From Raja brachyura (taxonomy: Eukaryota): DNA of 64,000 nucleotides. The stretch covers positions 24,428,001 through 24,492,000 of the forward strand of contig OY740809.1 in NCBI GenBank assembly GCA_963514005.1, given 5' to 3'. Made by a program: the position numbers and the translations under genes. Below are positions 50,430 to 62,395 of the stretch, piece after piece (the first letter of the stretch is position 1; the number at the start of each line of letters is the position of its first letter). The notes beneath the pieces were generated by a model. The model was not told where the DNA came from. It saw nothing but the letters and a program-made list of their open reading frames with translations, and searched no databases.

Positions 50430-51065
50430 GTAATAATGAAAGCTGACAAATTACCAATCTTTATTGCAAGAGGAATTCAATGCAAAGGTTGGGATGTTGT
50501 GCTTCAGTCATGAATGTCATTGGCATGACCATATCTATAGTGATGTGTACTGTATTGGTCTCCTGACTGAAGAACGCATGTTATAGCATTAGAAGTAATG
50601 CAGAGAAGAGTTACCAGTGATACATGGAATAGGCAGATTGTGTTATGAAAGTTTAGACAGGCTGGGCTTATTTCTGCTGGCGATTAGAATAGTGAGAGTT
50701 TACAATTGTAATATGTAAGACTAGGAGGTGTCTTAATAGAGTGAATGCGAAGAGGATTTTCCTCTTTTGGGACAATCTAGAACTTTTTTGAAAAAGTATT
50801 AAAAAATAAGGATTCACTCACTCAAGACATAATTAAGATGATTTTATTTTCTCTCAGATGATCATAAGTGGAACATTTCCCTGTAAGGTAGTTGAAATAG
50901 TCTTTGAATGTTTTCGAGGTAGAGGTTGACAGATTGTTGATAAGCAAGGTGGTAAAAGGTTACCACAGGGTTGGGGTTGAGGTTGCACTCAGATAAGTCA
51001 TGACCTTAATGAATGGTGGAGCAGGTTTAAGTACTCAATTGGCTTATTCCAGTTCCTATTTCATA
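50430..51065 (+). mobile_element. Old degenerate CR1 3' region
   Basis: Residual tattggtctcct, tatgaaagtttagacaggctggg and atgaccttaatgaatggtggagcagg. Confidence 0.7.
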
Positions 51066-51514
51066 CACTCATACATTTACGCGCTTGTAATCGCACCAGC
51101 TTTGATCTGCATCCATTGTGGTTTTCGTCTGAATCTTCTGAGGCAATGTGGATGTGTGGACACCTGCTGCATCAAGTCCCCACATGGGGTGGGATTCCTG
51201 AATGTTGGTGGCAGGCAACAGTCGACTAGTACCCAACCAATGTCCATGTAACCTTGCTGATTACCACTGAACCATGTGGTGAATGTGCACCCACAGTGTG
51301 TAGTGGTTTTGAAATGAATGGTTTGCTGGGCTCTATAAGAGGACAGAAGCACACGTACAGTAGGCCCAACCTGTATAGGACAGAAGATTTATTTCCCCGA
51401 TGTACTAATGGTGTTGCAGCAGGATCTCCCATGAAACATTCCAAGTTTTCCATGAAAACAACGTTTTCTCATGTTCATTTAAAATATGGCAGATTTTGAA
51501 AGGTAACAAAGGTA

Positions 51515-51880
51515 ACTTAAGGGGTTGGACAGGCTAGATAGCAGGAAGATTGGTCCCGATGTTGGGGAACTCCAGAACAAGGGGTTACAGTTTAAGGATA
51601 AGGGGGAAGTCTTTTAGGACCGAGATGAGAAGATCATTTTTCACACAGAGAGTGGTGAGTCTGTGGAATTCTCTGCCACAGAAGGTTGTTGAGGCCAGTT
51701 CATTGGCTATATTTAAGAGGGAGTTAAATGTGGCCCTTGTGGCTAAAGGGATCAGGGGGTCTGGAGAGAAGGCAGGTACAGGATACTGATTTGGATGATC
51801 AGCCATGATCATATTGAATGGCAGTGCAGGCTCAAAGGGCCGAATGGCCTACTCCTGCACCTATTTTCGATGATGCTATG
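51515..51880 (+). mobile_element. CR1 3' end
   Basis: Encodes PMLGNSRTRGYSLRIRG..FFTQRVVSLWNSLPQ, followed by the 3' UTR hairpin. Confidence 0.92.
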
Positions 51881-52114
51881 AATATCTCATTTAGAATCAA
51901 CGATAAAGGCTAATAATACATGCACACATAACGACTGTGATATTAACTTTCCTTGCAAAAGCTAGTTAGAGGACAAGAAGTATGAGACCAGCAACTGTAG
52001 TGGGCAATATAATTAGATTAATACTAAATGCAATGTAAAACATTCCTCTGCTATTTTATTGCAGGATTTAATCTGATTATTTTACAATGGCAAGGGAATA
52101 TCACATGAAGCTGC

Positions 52115-52422
52115 TAACTTCTTCCCTACAGCCATCAGGCTATTAAACGTTAAAACATCATCAACTCTGAACTACAATAAACCATTATTATTATTATTAT
52201 TGCACTGTTTCTGTTTGTATTTTGAGTATGTGTGCATGTGTCTATATATATATATATAAACATATGTGAGTATGTGTATATATACACACTAAACTTTTTT
52301 TTCTCTCTCTTACTTATCATATTATTTATTATGATTACATATTCTGTTGCGATGCAGCAAGTAAGAATTTCATTGTTCTACCTGGGACATATGACAATAA
52401 AACAGTCTTGACTCTTAACTCT
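52115..52422 (+). mobile_element. Rex1/Babar 3' UTR
   Basis: cttcttccctacagccatcaggctattaaac...gtaagaatttcattgt...atgacaataaa. Confidence 0.85.
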
Positions 52423-52584
52423 TAATTGCTCAACTTTTGCAACATGTTTCAAACAGGCTTTGGTGACCATAATGCCAATGTAACCAGTTCTTTGAGCACT
52501 GCATTTCCGTGGCCAAATAGCTACAATAAAATTCTTACATTAACACGTTCAAAGTCAAAGGAGGATTCAATAATGCAGATATAT

Positions 52585-53245
52585 TTATTTATTTATTTGA
52601 TTCTTTATTTTGAACAGAATAAAAGAATAAAAGAATAAAAAGCAAGTGTGAAACAGCATACAAAAAAACAAAACAAGAATATTTATAAAGTGTCATAAAC
52701 AATATCTATAAATAAATGAAATCGTATGTGTCCGAAAAGGAGCTGGAAGAAGCCAAAGCTTATAAAATTCCAACCCCTTATTCAACTGCTTATCTTATAC
52801 AAATATCTTATACAAATTTAGCGGCTATATGTACACCATTTGTACACCAGCAGCTATATGTACACCAAATTATTTACATGTATACACTAATCAAATATTT
52901 ACAAAGCCATACAAAAAAAGAGAGAAAAAAGAAAAGAAAAACCCCTCATATACTATACAGTATATCTTAGTCATATATACAACCCATCACCCTACAATCC
53001 CCCTTCCCAATACAATCAGTATAACAAATATCCCACTCACAATCACCTATCCTCATCCCAATATCCTTTAAAAAAAATGTTTTTGTACATCTTTTTAAAC
53101 TGAATTATTTTGTGCTAAGTTTTATCTCCTGTTCCAGACCATTCCACAAATTCACCCCCACAGATTGCAATCCACATACTTTTAAGAATTGTTCTGGCAT
53201 TGAGTTTTTTAAAATTATGTTCCCCTCTCAAATTATACAATTCTA
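52585..53245 (-). mobile_element. Crack/Daphne-like (L2 group) LINE 3' end
   Basis: Minus strand encodes YNLRGEHNFKKLNARTILKSM..CGVNLWNGLEQEIK..FKKMYK; the 3' UTR has cttcttcc.gctccttttcggac and an (AAAT)n tail. Confidence 0.65.
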
Positions 53246-53727
53246 CTAGGCAATCAACAAGAAGTTCTTCAAAGTCCATTTCGATTTAATGTTTTAACCT
53301 TTTAAAATCATTCAATTTGCATGGTAAATTGTAAGTTTTCACCTGACCTAGTCCATGGACATAATGTTAATATCAATTCAAAAATTACAGAGAAGTGTGA
53401 ATAGAAGGAAAAGTATTAATATATATATCAAATATGAGGATATATAATTCTACTAAGCAATCTTCTAGAAGTCCTTAAAGTTAATTTGTATTTAATTCTT
53501 TTAACTTTTAAAAACATTCAATTTGAGTGTTAAATCGTAGTTTTTGCCCTGATCTAGTCAATCGATATAATGTCAATAAACAGACTAAAAATACAAAGAG
53601 CAAGATAAATAGAAGACAAAACATTCGTATGCTTCAGATGTATTTAGCAGGCATCAATGGAGGAGAGATTGACCAAAAAAACAATGTATTTGTAATGGCA
53701 CCATCTTTTCAATTTACACCTGCTATG

Positions 53728-54028
53728 TTTAGTTCAGTTTAGATTAGAGATACAGTGTGGAAACAGACCCTTCAATCCACCGAGTCTGAGCTGATCTGCG
53801 ATCACTCATATACTAGTTCTATTCTACACATTAGGGACAAGTTGCAGAAGCCAATTAACCTACAAACATGCACGTCTTTGGAATGTAAGAGGAAATCAGA
53901 GCATTCAGGGAAAACCCTTGTTGTCACAGGGACAAAGTACAAACTCTATAAACAGAATCTAGTCAGGATTGAACTCGGGACTCTGACGCTGTAATGCAGC
54001 AACTATATGTCTGCACCACTGTGTTGCC
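53728..54028 (-). mobile_element. tRNA-derived SINE (older copy)
   Basis: Reverse-complement SINE tail, core and head. Confidence 0.85.
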
Positions 54029-54034
54029 ATCTGA

Positions 54035-54166
54035 AGGGCACGTGATGCGCGCCTGGTGCGCGGTGACGTAGGCAGTGACGCGCGGCGCCCCAGGATTTTG
54101 GGATGTACAAAATCTTCGAGCGCCATCTGCGTGACGTGCAAATGACGCCCAAGTGGAACAGGCCCT
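54035..54166. mobile_element. PIF/Harbinger-type MITE, left TIR mostly deleted
   Basis: Right TIR AAGTGGAACAGGCCCT as in the element at 63551-63857; starts AGGGC; TGA on both sides (54032-54034, 54167-54169). Confidence 0.75.
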
Positions 54167-54949
54167 TGAGTGTTCTGCAACATATTCTGCCATGTATTAC
54201 CCGTTACCAGTTTGAAGAAATATCCCACAAAATAAATTTGTCCTCACTTAGTTGCAAAACTTACAATATGATAATGCTGCATAATATACGTCACTTCTTC
54301 AACTTAGTTCCATTCACTTGCAACAGGCAGCTGTTATTGTGCTGTTTAGTGCTGCTGAATAAAAATGATGGTTCTGCTATACCCATTACATCTTGGAAGT
54401 TTCTGGCTATCATTTACCATTATGGAAAAGGCATTCGCATTTAGTTTAGCGACTGTTCATTGCCCATCAAATAAGAATTGTTAAGCCTTATCTAGCCCAC
54501 TGAAGTTGACCAAGGTGTGATACGCTTCTTGTCTGAACTACACACACTGTCTGTATTTCAATAATGCACAATAAGGTCATGCAAAGGGTCATATCTCTGT
54601 AAGAGTTAAGTCCTTAAGCAAGTCAAATTTATTTAGCAACTGCTGATAGACAATAGATGGTCCAAAAATCAACCGTTGCTTCTTAATGTCCCTGACCGCA
54701 CTAGTGGTAGTTTCCCATGATCGGTACTTAAAATAGACCGATGTAGCAGCGTATTGAAGAATGTTCAGCATTTTACTGATTATAATGGAACAACGTGTTT
54801 ATAACATAAATTAGCCCTCTCGTGTAAACTGTCTGAAATAGATATATTATTTTTCAGGAGTTTGACGAATATTGAGATATGGTGCAAAAGCGGCAGATAT
54901 TGTCGAGAGAGGTTTTGTTTATTGTGTACTGGGGCCTCCAGGTGCGTGC

Positions 54950-55380
54950 AAACCTTCAGTCCTGCGGTCGGGGATGTGGTTAGAAAACAGGCTCGATCGT
55001 TTTTGCAGACTAGAAAGGAAGTAGCTCGTTTCTGCAGCTCAGCAGCTCAGCACTGAGCTGTTCATATTTTTTTTTTTTCGTTCAGCTATCTTCGATTCGG
55101 GTCACATGATGCTGGTGGCCCAGTTTCGTGACAAGGCAGCAAGAGCCAGTTTCCGGAGCGAGAAGCACTGATGACGTGACATGCTGGCAGAGTAAGGAAC
55201 GAGCTGTGAGAAAGGAACCCGTGCTCGCGCGCTTAGGCACTTTCCAGTAAATGAGTACAGCTGCTGTGCATCAGAAGTGATAAGAGAGCAGGCACGCATC
55301 TGAGAAACTAAAAACTGCTCCATTCTGCAAGAAACGGCCTGCAAGCCAGTAAATGAATATAAAAACTGACGTGTGAATAT
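54950..55380. promoter_or_regulatory. Candidate enhancer or promoter (motif cluster, raised CpG)
   Basis: GGAAGT and TTCCGG (ETS), GTCACATGA (MiT/TFE-type E-box), ATGACGTGAC and TGACGTG (ATF/CREB-like), CAGCTG and GATAAG in sequence not repeated in the window. Confidence 0.35.
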
Positions 55381-55471
55381 CTTTATTATTGCAAAGCAGT
55401 TTGGATATAAACTCTATTCTGCGCTATGTATGCTCAAAGAATAAGGTTACTTCCAATTAATTGAATGCCCA

Positions 55472-55880
55472 AAGGCTGGTAGAGTTGTTGCCTCACAGCG
55501 CGAAAGGACCAGGTTCGATCCTGACCTAGAGTGCCATCTGTGTGGAGTTTGCAAGTTCTCTCTGTGACCGCGTGGGTTTCTTCTGGGTGCTCCAATTTCT
55601 TCCCACATCCCAAAGACGTGTGGGTTTGTAGGTTAATTGACCTCTGTACAATTGCCCCTCGGGTCAAGGAAAGAGCGTTCACGTTGCGGCCCTGTTTCCA
55701 CCAATCTTTCCACCACCACGCACAAGAAGCGCAAGAAGCGCAAGACAGGCACCAAGACAGTATGCAGATGCCGAGAAGTGTGTTCAGCTCTGGCTGAACA
55801 ACTTCTAATCTTGTGTGTGGACTCGACAAGAAGAATTGCCCCTAATGTGTAGGGAGTGGGTGAGAAAGTGGTATAACCTG
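55472..55880 (+). mobile_element. SINE interrupted by a 174-bp insertion
   Basis: SINE head and core run to 55659 and resume at 55834. Confidence 0.88.
55660..55833 (+). mobile_element. Short retroposon with 10-bp TSD and (AAG)n tail, Vingi/Ingi-like
   Basis: TSD AATTGCCCCT at 55650-55659 and 55834-55843. Ends ACAAGAAG; the 3' part encodes ADAEKCVQLWLNNF*. Confidence 0.7.
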
Positions 55881-56599
55881 TGAGGTTCTCTGGTGTTCAG
55901 GTTCTGGATACTGATGAGCCTCTCATGAAGTCAATTCCCACCACAGTCTCTCAGGTACCACACACACGTGTGTAGACTGGGTAGACTGCCTATCCAGTTG
56001 GTCTTGCTATACCAGGACAAGAGTACGCAAATGGGCATCGACACCATATGTCAAAGTCCATTGTGATGAAGTTCATGGATGTCAAAGTCCCATCAACAAT
56101 ATAGTTAAATGAAAAAAGCATTTGGATGTGTATATTTAAATTGTAGTCTTTAAATAGGCAACTGATTTGGAGTTGCATCAATTTTCAATTTTTTGTCTTT
56201 TTTTGAGATTATGTACAAAGTATGAGCTATTTCGAAAAGTGTCCGGGCCAAAGACTGAAAATGATCAAAGCTGGAAGGAAAATTGCACAGCAGTGGATTG
56301 AAATCTTAAAGATGTATCACTGTTCATTATTGAAGTGAAAAGCTGTGATGTGAATTCAAAACCCCTGACATTTGTACAAGTTATTTTTCTGTTTTCACCA
56401 TAAACCTTTCCTGCTTCTTACAATCAATTGCTTATCCATTGCCATAAAGTAAAAGCAAATGTTTGCAGCAATTCAACTAGCACGTGAGAGGTAAAGGCAG
56501 GACAATGTTTTGGAAATGTTGATTAAAGACTCCAACCTTTATCTGTTTTTTTTGTTCTTTCATGCACTGACCAAAAAGCACAACTCGCACTTATTCATT

Positions 56600-56857
56600 T
56601 GTTTTATTTTAGAGATACAGCGTGAATACAGGCCCTTCGGCCCAACATCTCTGTGAACACTAACGCTATCCTACATTCACTTGGGACAATTCACAACTTT
56701 ATCAAGCTAATTAGCATACAACCTGCACCTCTTTGGAATGTGGGAGGAAACGGCTCCTGGAGAAAACCCACGCAGATCACAGAGAGAACATACAAACGCC
56801 CTACAGACAGCATCCATAGTCAGGATCAAACCCGGGTCTCTGGCATGTTGAGGCAGC
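56600..56857 (-). mobile_element. SINE whose tRNA head is interrupted by the CR1 at 56858-60705
   Basis: Stops at AGGCAGCA; the remaining head (TCTGCCGCTG..GCCACC) appears at 60711-60735. Confidence 0.8.
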
Positions 56858-59800
56858 ATATAACCATATAACCATATAACCATATAACAATTACAGCACA
56901 GAAACAGGCCTTCTCCGCCCTTCCAGTCCGTGCCGACCATTTATTTTCCCCTAGTCCCATCTACCTGCACTCAGACCATACCCCTCCATTCCCTTCCCGT
57001 CCAAATACCTATCCACTTTACTTTTAAATGTTAAAATCGATCCTGCCTCCACCACTTCTGCTGGAAGATCATTCCACACAGCCACCACTCTCTGAGTAAA
57101 GAAGTTCCCCCTCATGTTACCCCTAAACTTCTGTTCCTTAATTCTCATGTCATGCCCTCTTGTTTGAATCTTCCCTACCCTCAATGGGAAAAACTTATCC
57201 ACGTCAACTCTGTCTATCCCTTTCATCATTTTAAAGATCTCAATCAAGTCCCCCCTTAACCTTCTGAGCTCCAAAGAATAAAGACCTAACTTGTTCAACC
57301 TTTCTCTGTAACTTAGTTGCTGGAACCCAGGCAACATTCTAGTAAATCTCCTCTGTACTCTCTCTATTTTGTTGACATCCTTCCTATAATTAGGCGACCA
57401 AAATTGTACACCATACTCCAGAATTGGTTTCACCAATGCCTTGTACAATTTTAACATTACTTCCCTACTCCTATATTCAATGCTCTGATTTATAAAGGCC
57501 AGCACACCAAAAGCTTTCTTTACCACCCTATCTACATGCGATTCCACCTTCAGGGAACTATACACAGTTATTCCTAGATCCCTCTGTTCCACAGCATTCC
57601 TCAATTCCCTACCATTTACCATGTACGTCCCATTTTGATTTGTCCTGCCAAGATGTAGCACCTCACACTTATCAGCACTAAACTCCATCTGCCATCTTTC
57701 AGCCCACTCTTACAAATGGCCCAAATCTCTCTGTAGACTTTGAAAATCTACTTCATTATCCACAGCACCACCTATCTTAATATCATCTGCATACTTACTT
57801 ATCCAATTTTCCACCCCATCATCTAGATCATTGATGTACATGACAAACAACAGTGGACCCAACACAGATCCCTGAGGCACCCCACTGGTCACTGGCTTCC
57901 AACCTGACAAACAGCCATCCACCATTACTCTCTGGCATCTCCCATTCAGCCACTGTTGAATCCATCTTGCTACTCCGCCATTAACACCCAAAGATTGAAC
58001 CTTCTTAACCAACCTTCAATGGGGAACCTTGTCAAAGGCCTTACTGAAATCCATATAGACAACATCCACTGCTTTACCCTCATCAATTTCCCTAGTAACC
58101 TCTTCAAAAAATTCAAGAAGGTTTGTCAAACATGACCTTCCAGGCACAAATCCATGTTGACTGTTCTTGATCAGACCCTGTTTATCCAGATGCTTATATA
58201 TATTATCTCTAAGTATCCTTTCCATTAATTTGCCCACCACTGACGTCAAACTAACAGGTCTATAATTGCTAGGTTTATTCTTTGAACCCTTTTTAAACAA
58301 TGGAACAACATGCGCAGTACGCCAATCCTCCGGCACTATTCCCGTTTCTAATGACATTTGAAATATTTCTGTCATAGCCCCTGCTATTTCTACACTAACT
58401 TCCCTCAATGTCCTAGGGAATATCCTGTCAAGACCTGGAGACTTATCCACTTTTATATTTTTCAAACGTGTCAGTACTTCCTCCTCTTTGAATCTCATAG
58501 TTTCCATAGCTACTCTACTTTTTTCCCTTACCTCACAGAGTTCAATATCCTTCTCCTTGGTGAATACCGAAGAAAAGAAATTGTTCAATATCTCCCCATC
58601 TCTTTTGGCTCTGCAGATAGCTGTCCATTCTGGCTCTCTAATGGTCCAATTTTATCCCTCGTTATCCTTTTGCTATTAATATAGCTGTAGAAACCCTTTG
58701 GATTTACTTTTACCTTTCTTGCCAAAGCAACCTCCTATCTTCTTTTAGCTTTTCTTATTTCTTTCTTAAGATTCTTTTTCCATTCTTTATACTCACCTAG
58801 CACCTCATTTACTCCATGCCTCCTATAATGATTGTAGATATCTCTCTTTTATCGAACCAAGTGTCCAATTTCCCTTGAACACCATGGCTCTTTCCGATTT
58901 TTACTATTTCCTTTCAACCGAACAGGGACATAAAGATTCTGTACTCTTGCAATTTCCCCTTTAAATGTCCTCCATTTCTCTTCTACATCCTTCCCATAAA
59001 ACAAAATGTCCCAATTCACTCCTTTTAAATCATTACGCATTCCCTCAAAGTTAGCCTTTCTCGAATCAAAAATCTCAACCCTAGGTCCAGTTCTGACTCT
59101 CTCCATAATTATATTGAAACTAATGGTATTGTGATCACTGGTCCTGAAGTGCTCACCAACGTGTGAGATATAGTTTTGTGCTCGCAATCACTACTCAGAG
59201 ACTAAATCATGGGAACAAGAAATGCTTTATTTCGAGTCTGCAGAATCGGGTGCCTCTCCAAGTTGAGACACCCCGGGCAAAGGAAAAACGTCTATTTTTA
59301 TACAATTCAGTATACAGTCTTTATTGATTGGACGCCTCCCCTTCTGACCCTTTCCAATCAGGGTACTAAGGTTCACAATCTTCCAACCCTCCCCTCCATG
59401 CATCATCAATCATTCCCTCTTCTCCCACATCATACATCACATGTACATTTAAATTAGGTTCTTTGTCATGAGGGGCGTAAAGTTAATATTCATTTATTTC
59501 ATTAAGCATGCTCAGTCGCTTTTGCCCTAACCTACTTAATTGCCTTTGACCTAAAGACTAGCTTCTGTGTTGTCAGCTACATTCCTTACCTCATCTTGTT
59601 ATTCTACATTGTTATCAACAGCTCTGAAGGACAGTAACAGTTTGTTCGAATCACAAGGTTGGTGATTCCAACTACTCGGCCCATCACAAGGTCGGTGGCT
59701 ACAACCACTCGGCCCCTCACAATGATGGTGGTTTAATCATCTTATCCCTCACAAACGCATACCTCCGTCACCTGACCTGCCTCATTTCCTAACAGGAGGT

Positions 59801-60705
59801 CCAGCACTGCCCCTTCTCTGGTCGATACCTCTATGTATTGCTGCAAAAACTATCCTGCACACATTTAACAAACTCCAAACCATCCAGCCCATTTACAGAA
59901 TGTGTTTCCCAGTCTATTTTTGGAAAATTGAAATCTCCCACAATCACTACCTTGTGCTTACTACTAATATCTGCTATCTCCTTACATATTACCTCTTCCA
60001 ATTCTCGCTCCCCATTTGGCGGTCTATAACACACCCCTAAAGGTGTTGCTACACCGTTCCCACTTCTCAGTTCCACCCAAATAGCCCCCCTAGACGAGCC
60101 CTCTAATCTATCCTGCCAAAGCACTGCTGTAATATATTCTCTGACAAGCAATGCAACCCCTCCACCTCTGGTCCCTCCAATTCTATCACACCTGAAGCAA
60201 CGAAATCCTGGAATATTTAGTTTCCAATCACAACCCTCCTGCAACCATGTTTCACTGATTGCCACAACATCATATTTCCAGGTGTCAATCCAGGCTCTAA
60301 GTTCATCCACCTTTCTTACAATGCTCCTAGCATTAAAATATACACAATTTAGAAACCCACCGTCCCTTATTCTCTGTTTATTATCTTTTTCATCTTTCTC
60401 GCCTACATTTTGGGTCTGAGTGCTTCCCTATTCTGCCTCTTGCCCCTCACCCTGTCCCCTAGCCCCCTCTACCCGAGTCCCTCCCCCCAGCCTTTCTAGT
60501 TTAAAGTCTCCTTTGCAAATCTCCCCGCCAGGATATTGGTTCCCCTCGGGTTCAAGTGCAACCCGTCCTTTTTATACAGATCATGCCTTCCCCAAAAGAG
60601 GTCCCAGTGATCAAGAAACCTGAATCCCTGCCCACTGCACCAGTCCCTCAGCCACGCATTTATCCTCCACCTCATTCCATTTCTACTCTCACTGTCACGT
60701 GGCAC
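56858..60705 (-). mobile_element. 5'-truncated, relatively young CR1 LINE (ORF1 C-terminus, complete but disrupted ORF2)
   Basis: SGNH end KDGLHLN (stop 60496); APE (ISETWL, GGGVALLV, VGDFN, TSDH); RT (NYRPVSLTS, DFSKAFD, SGVPQGSVLGP, KYADD). Stop at 56951 and (TATATGGT)n tail. Confidence 0.95.
59162..59753 (-). mobile_element. Solo LTR (592 bp, ERV- or Gypsy-type) with 4-bp TSD, inserted in the CR1 APE domain
   Basis: TGTGAG...CTCACA termini; TSD AACG at 59158-59161 and 59754-59757. On the minus strand the order is CCAAT (~59328), TATAAAA (~59298), hairpin, AATAAA (~59228). Removing it restores CR1 VTEVCVGEHF. Confidence 0.88.
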
Positions 60706-61039
60706 GTATATCTGCCGCTGTACAATAGTGCCACCCTTTTCTATGGTTACACACACACCCATTCTAACATATGAGATACGTAAATAGCAAATGAGGGTGG
60801 TATGTGCTTGACTCATCTTGTTCTCTCAACCGAAAGAGACAACATATCTCAACATGTTGATTCCACAGATTAACTCTGCCCCTCAGAGTGCCCTTGCAAA
60901 ACAATTCCAGCAAATACAGATAAAAGCAAAGATCCTTTTTCAAAAACAACACAATTTAGAATAAAGAAATGTCTAAAAAGAATATGTTGTCACCACGAAA
61001 ATGAGTCACAAAAAAACATTCAACTCGCATTTGATTCAA

Positions 61040-61148
61040 TTGGGCAATTGGCTCAATGGCAATCATGTATTGTCTTTCTGCAGACTTGATAGCACGCAAC
61101 AAAAGCACTTCACTGTACCTCGGTACACATGACAATAAACTAAACTCA
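61040..61148 (+). repeat. LINE-tail repeat (family of 35497-35760)
   Basis: agcacgcaacaaaagc...ttcactgtacctcggtacacatgacaataaactaaact. Confidence 0.75.
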
Positions 61149-61734
61149 ATTTTGACATTCACGTTCAAAGTCATTGGAAGGGAATTTCCATTCATCCTTG
61201 CATTATTTTAGTAGGTGAACGTTTAAGGAACGATGTCAAATGATGGTTTGAATATTTAAGTATAGTGAAAAAAGAATCAATCTGGGTTTTCAAAAGGGAT
61301 AGACACAAAGTGCTGGAGTAACTCAGTGGGTCAGGCAGCATCTGGGGAGAAAGAGAATTAATGAATTAAAGAATTAATGGCCCCAAACCAACAATGGGCC
61401 ATTATGGGCTCCACTGTCCATGGGATCATCTGTTTGCATGCCCTGATATGTTCTGGCCCCTTCTCACCTCTAGTTCTGCCTCTTGATTTACACATCTCTG
61501 TCATCGCATCATTATTATCATGTTTCCACACACCAACAACAATTGGTCTAAATCACTAAAATGCAAAGATGTAAGGACCACATTTTCAGAACAAAGTGTG
61601 TTACGTATTTCTACGGATTTTAATGATGGCCACTTTAACCTCTGAAAATGGAACGATCAGTTCACGGTTTAGATTTTGTGCTCGATTTTTTCTTTGCTTC
61701 CTTCTGTTCACTTTTTTTAAAGTTGTGAACCGTA

Positions 61735-61912
61735 GTTTAGTTTAGTGTCGTTTATTTTCCCGTGTACCGAGGTACGGTGAAGAGCTTTTGTTGTGTGTTA
61801 ACCAGTCGATGGATAGATTATACATGATTACCATCGAGCCATCCACGGTATACAGATACATGACAAAGTGATAGTAGCTCAGGACTAGTTTCTAGTTGTT
61901 AATAGGATGGTT
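61735..61912 (-). repeat. LINE-tail repeat (family of 35497-35760)
   Basis: Similar to 35497-35750. Confidence 0.75.
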
Positions 61913-62074
61913 ATAACATAAGGGTAATACATCAGATCAAGTGCAAAAAAATATTTTTACACCTCATTACACACTCCACCCTCACCAACAGGTTTTCAGT
62001 TATTTCCGTTACCCACCCCACCCTCTATTACTCTCTTACCTTATTTATGCTAGCTAAATTATACTCCAAATTTA

Positions 62075-62395
62075 GGTTTTAGTTTTTTCATTTAGTTTAG
62101 AGATACAGCACAGAAACTGGCTCTTCGGCCTGCCGAATCTGCACCGCACCCTAACACTACCACTACACCCTAACACACACTACTAGGGACAATTTTTTAC
62201 AATTTTACCAAGCAAATTAACCTAAAAATCCGTACGTCTTTGGAACGTGTGAGGAAACTGCAGATCGTGGAGAAAACCTACACGTTTACGGGAAGAACGT
62301 ACAAGCTCCATACAGACCGCACCCTTAGTCAGGATTGAACCCGGGTCTCTGGCGCTTTAAGGCAGCAGCTCTCCCTCCGCGCCACCGTGGTGCCC
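62075..62395 (-). mobile_element. tRNA-derived SINE (HE1-like)
   Basis: Tail, core, B box (reverse complement GGATTGAACC) and head GCGCCACCGTG. Confidence 0.9.

Noticed and set aside
54035-54166. CpG-island or CRE promoter of a host gene
   Set aside because: Bounded by a Harbinger TIR and TGA TSD, so it is a MITE; kept only as a possible exaptation.
54858-54941. Possible plus-strand exon (ttttcag ... cag/gtgcgt)
   Set aside because: The only open frame gives no recognisable peptide and there is no other support.
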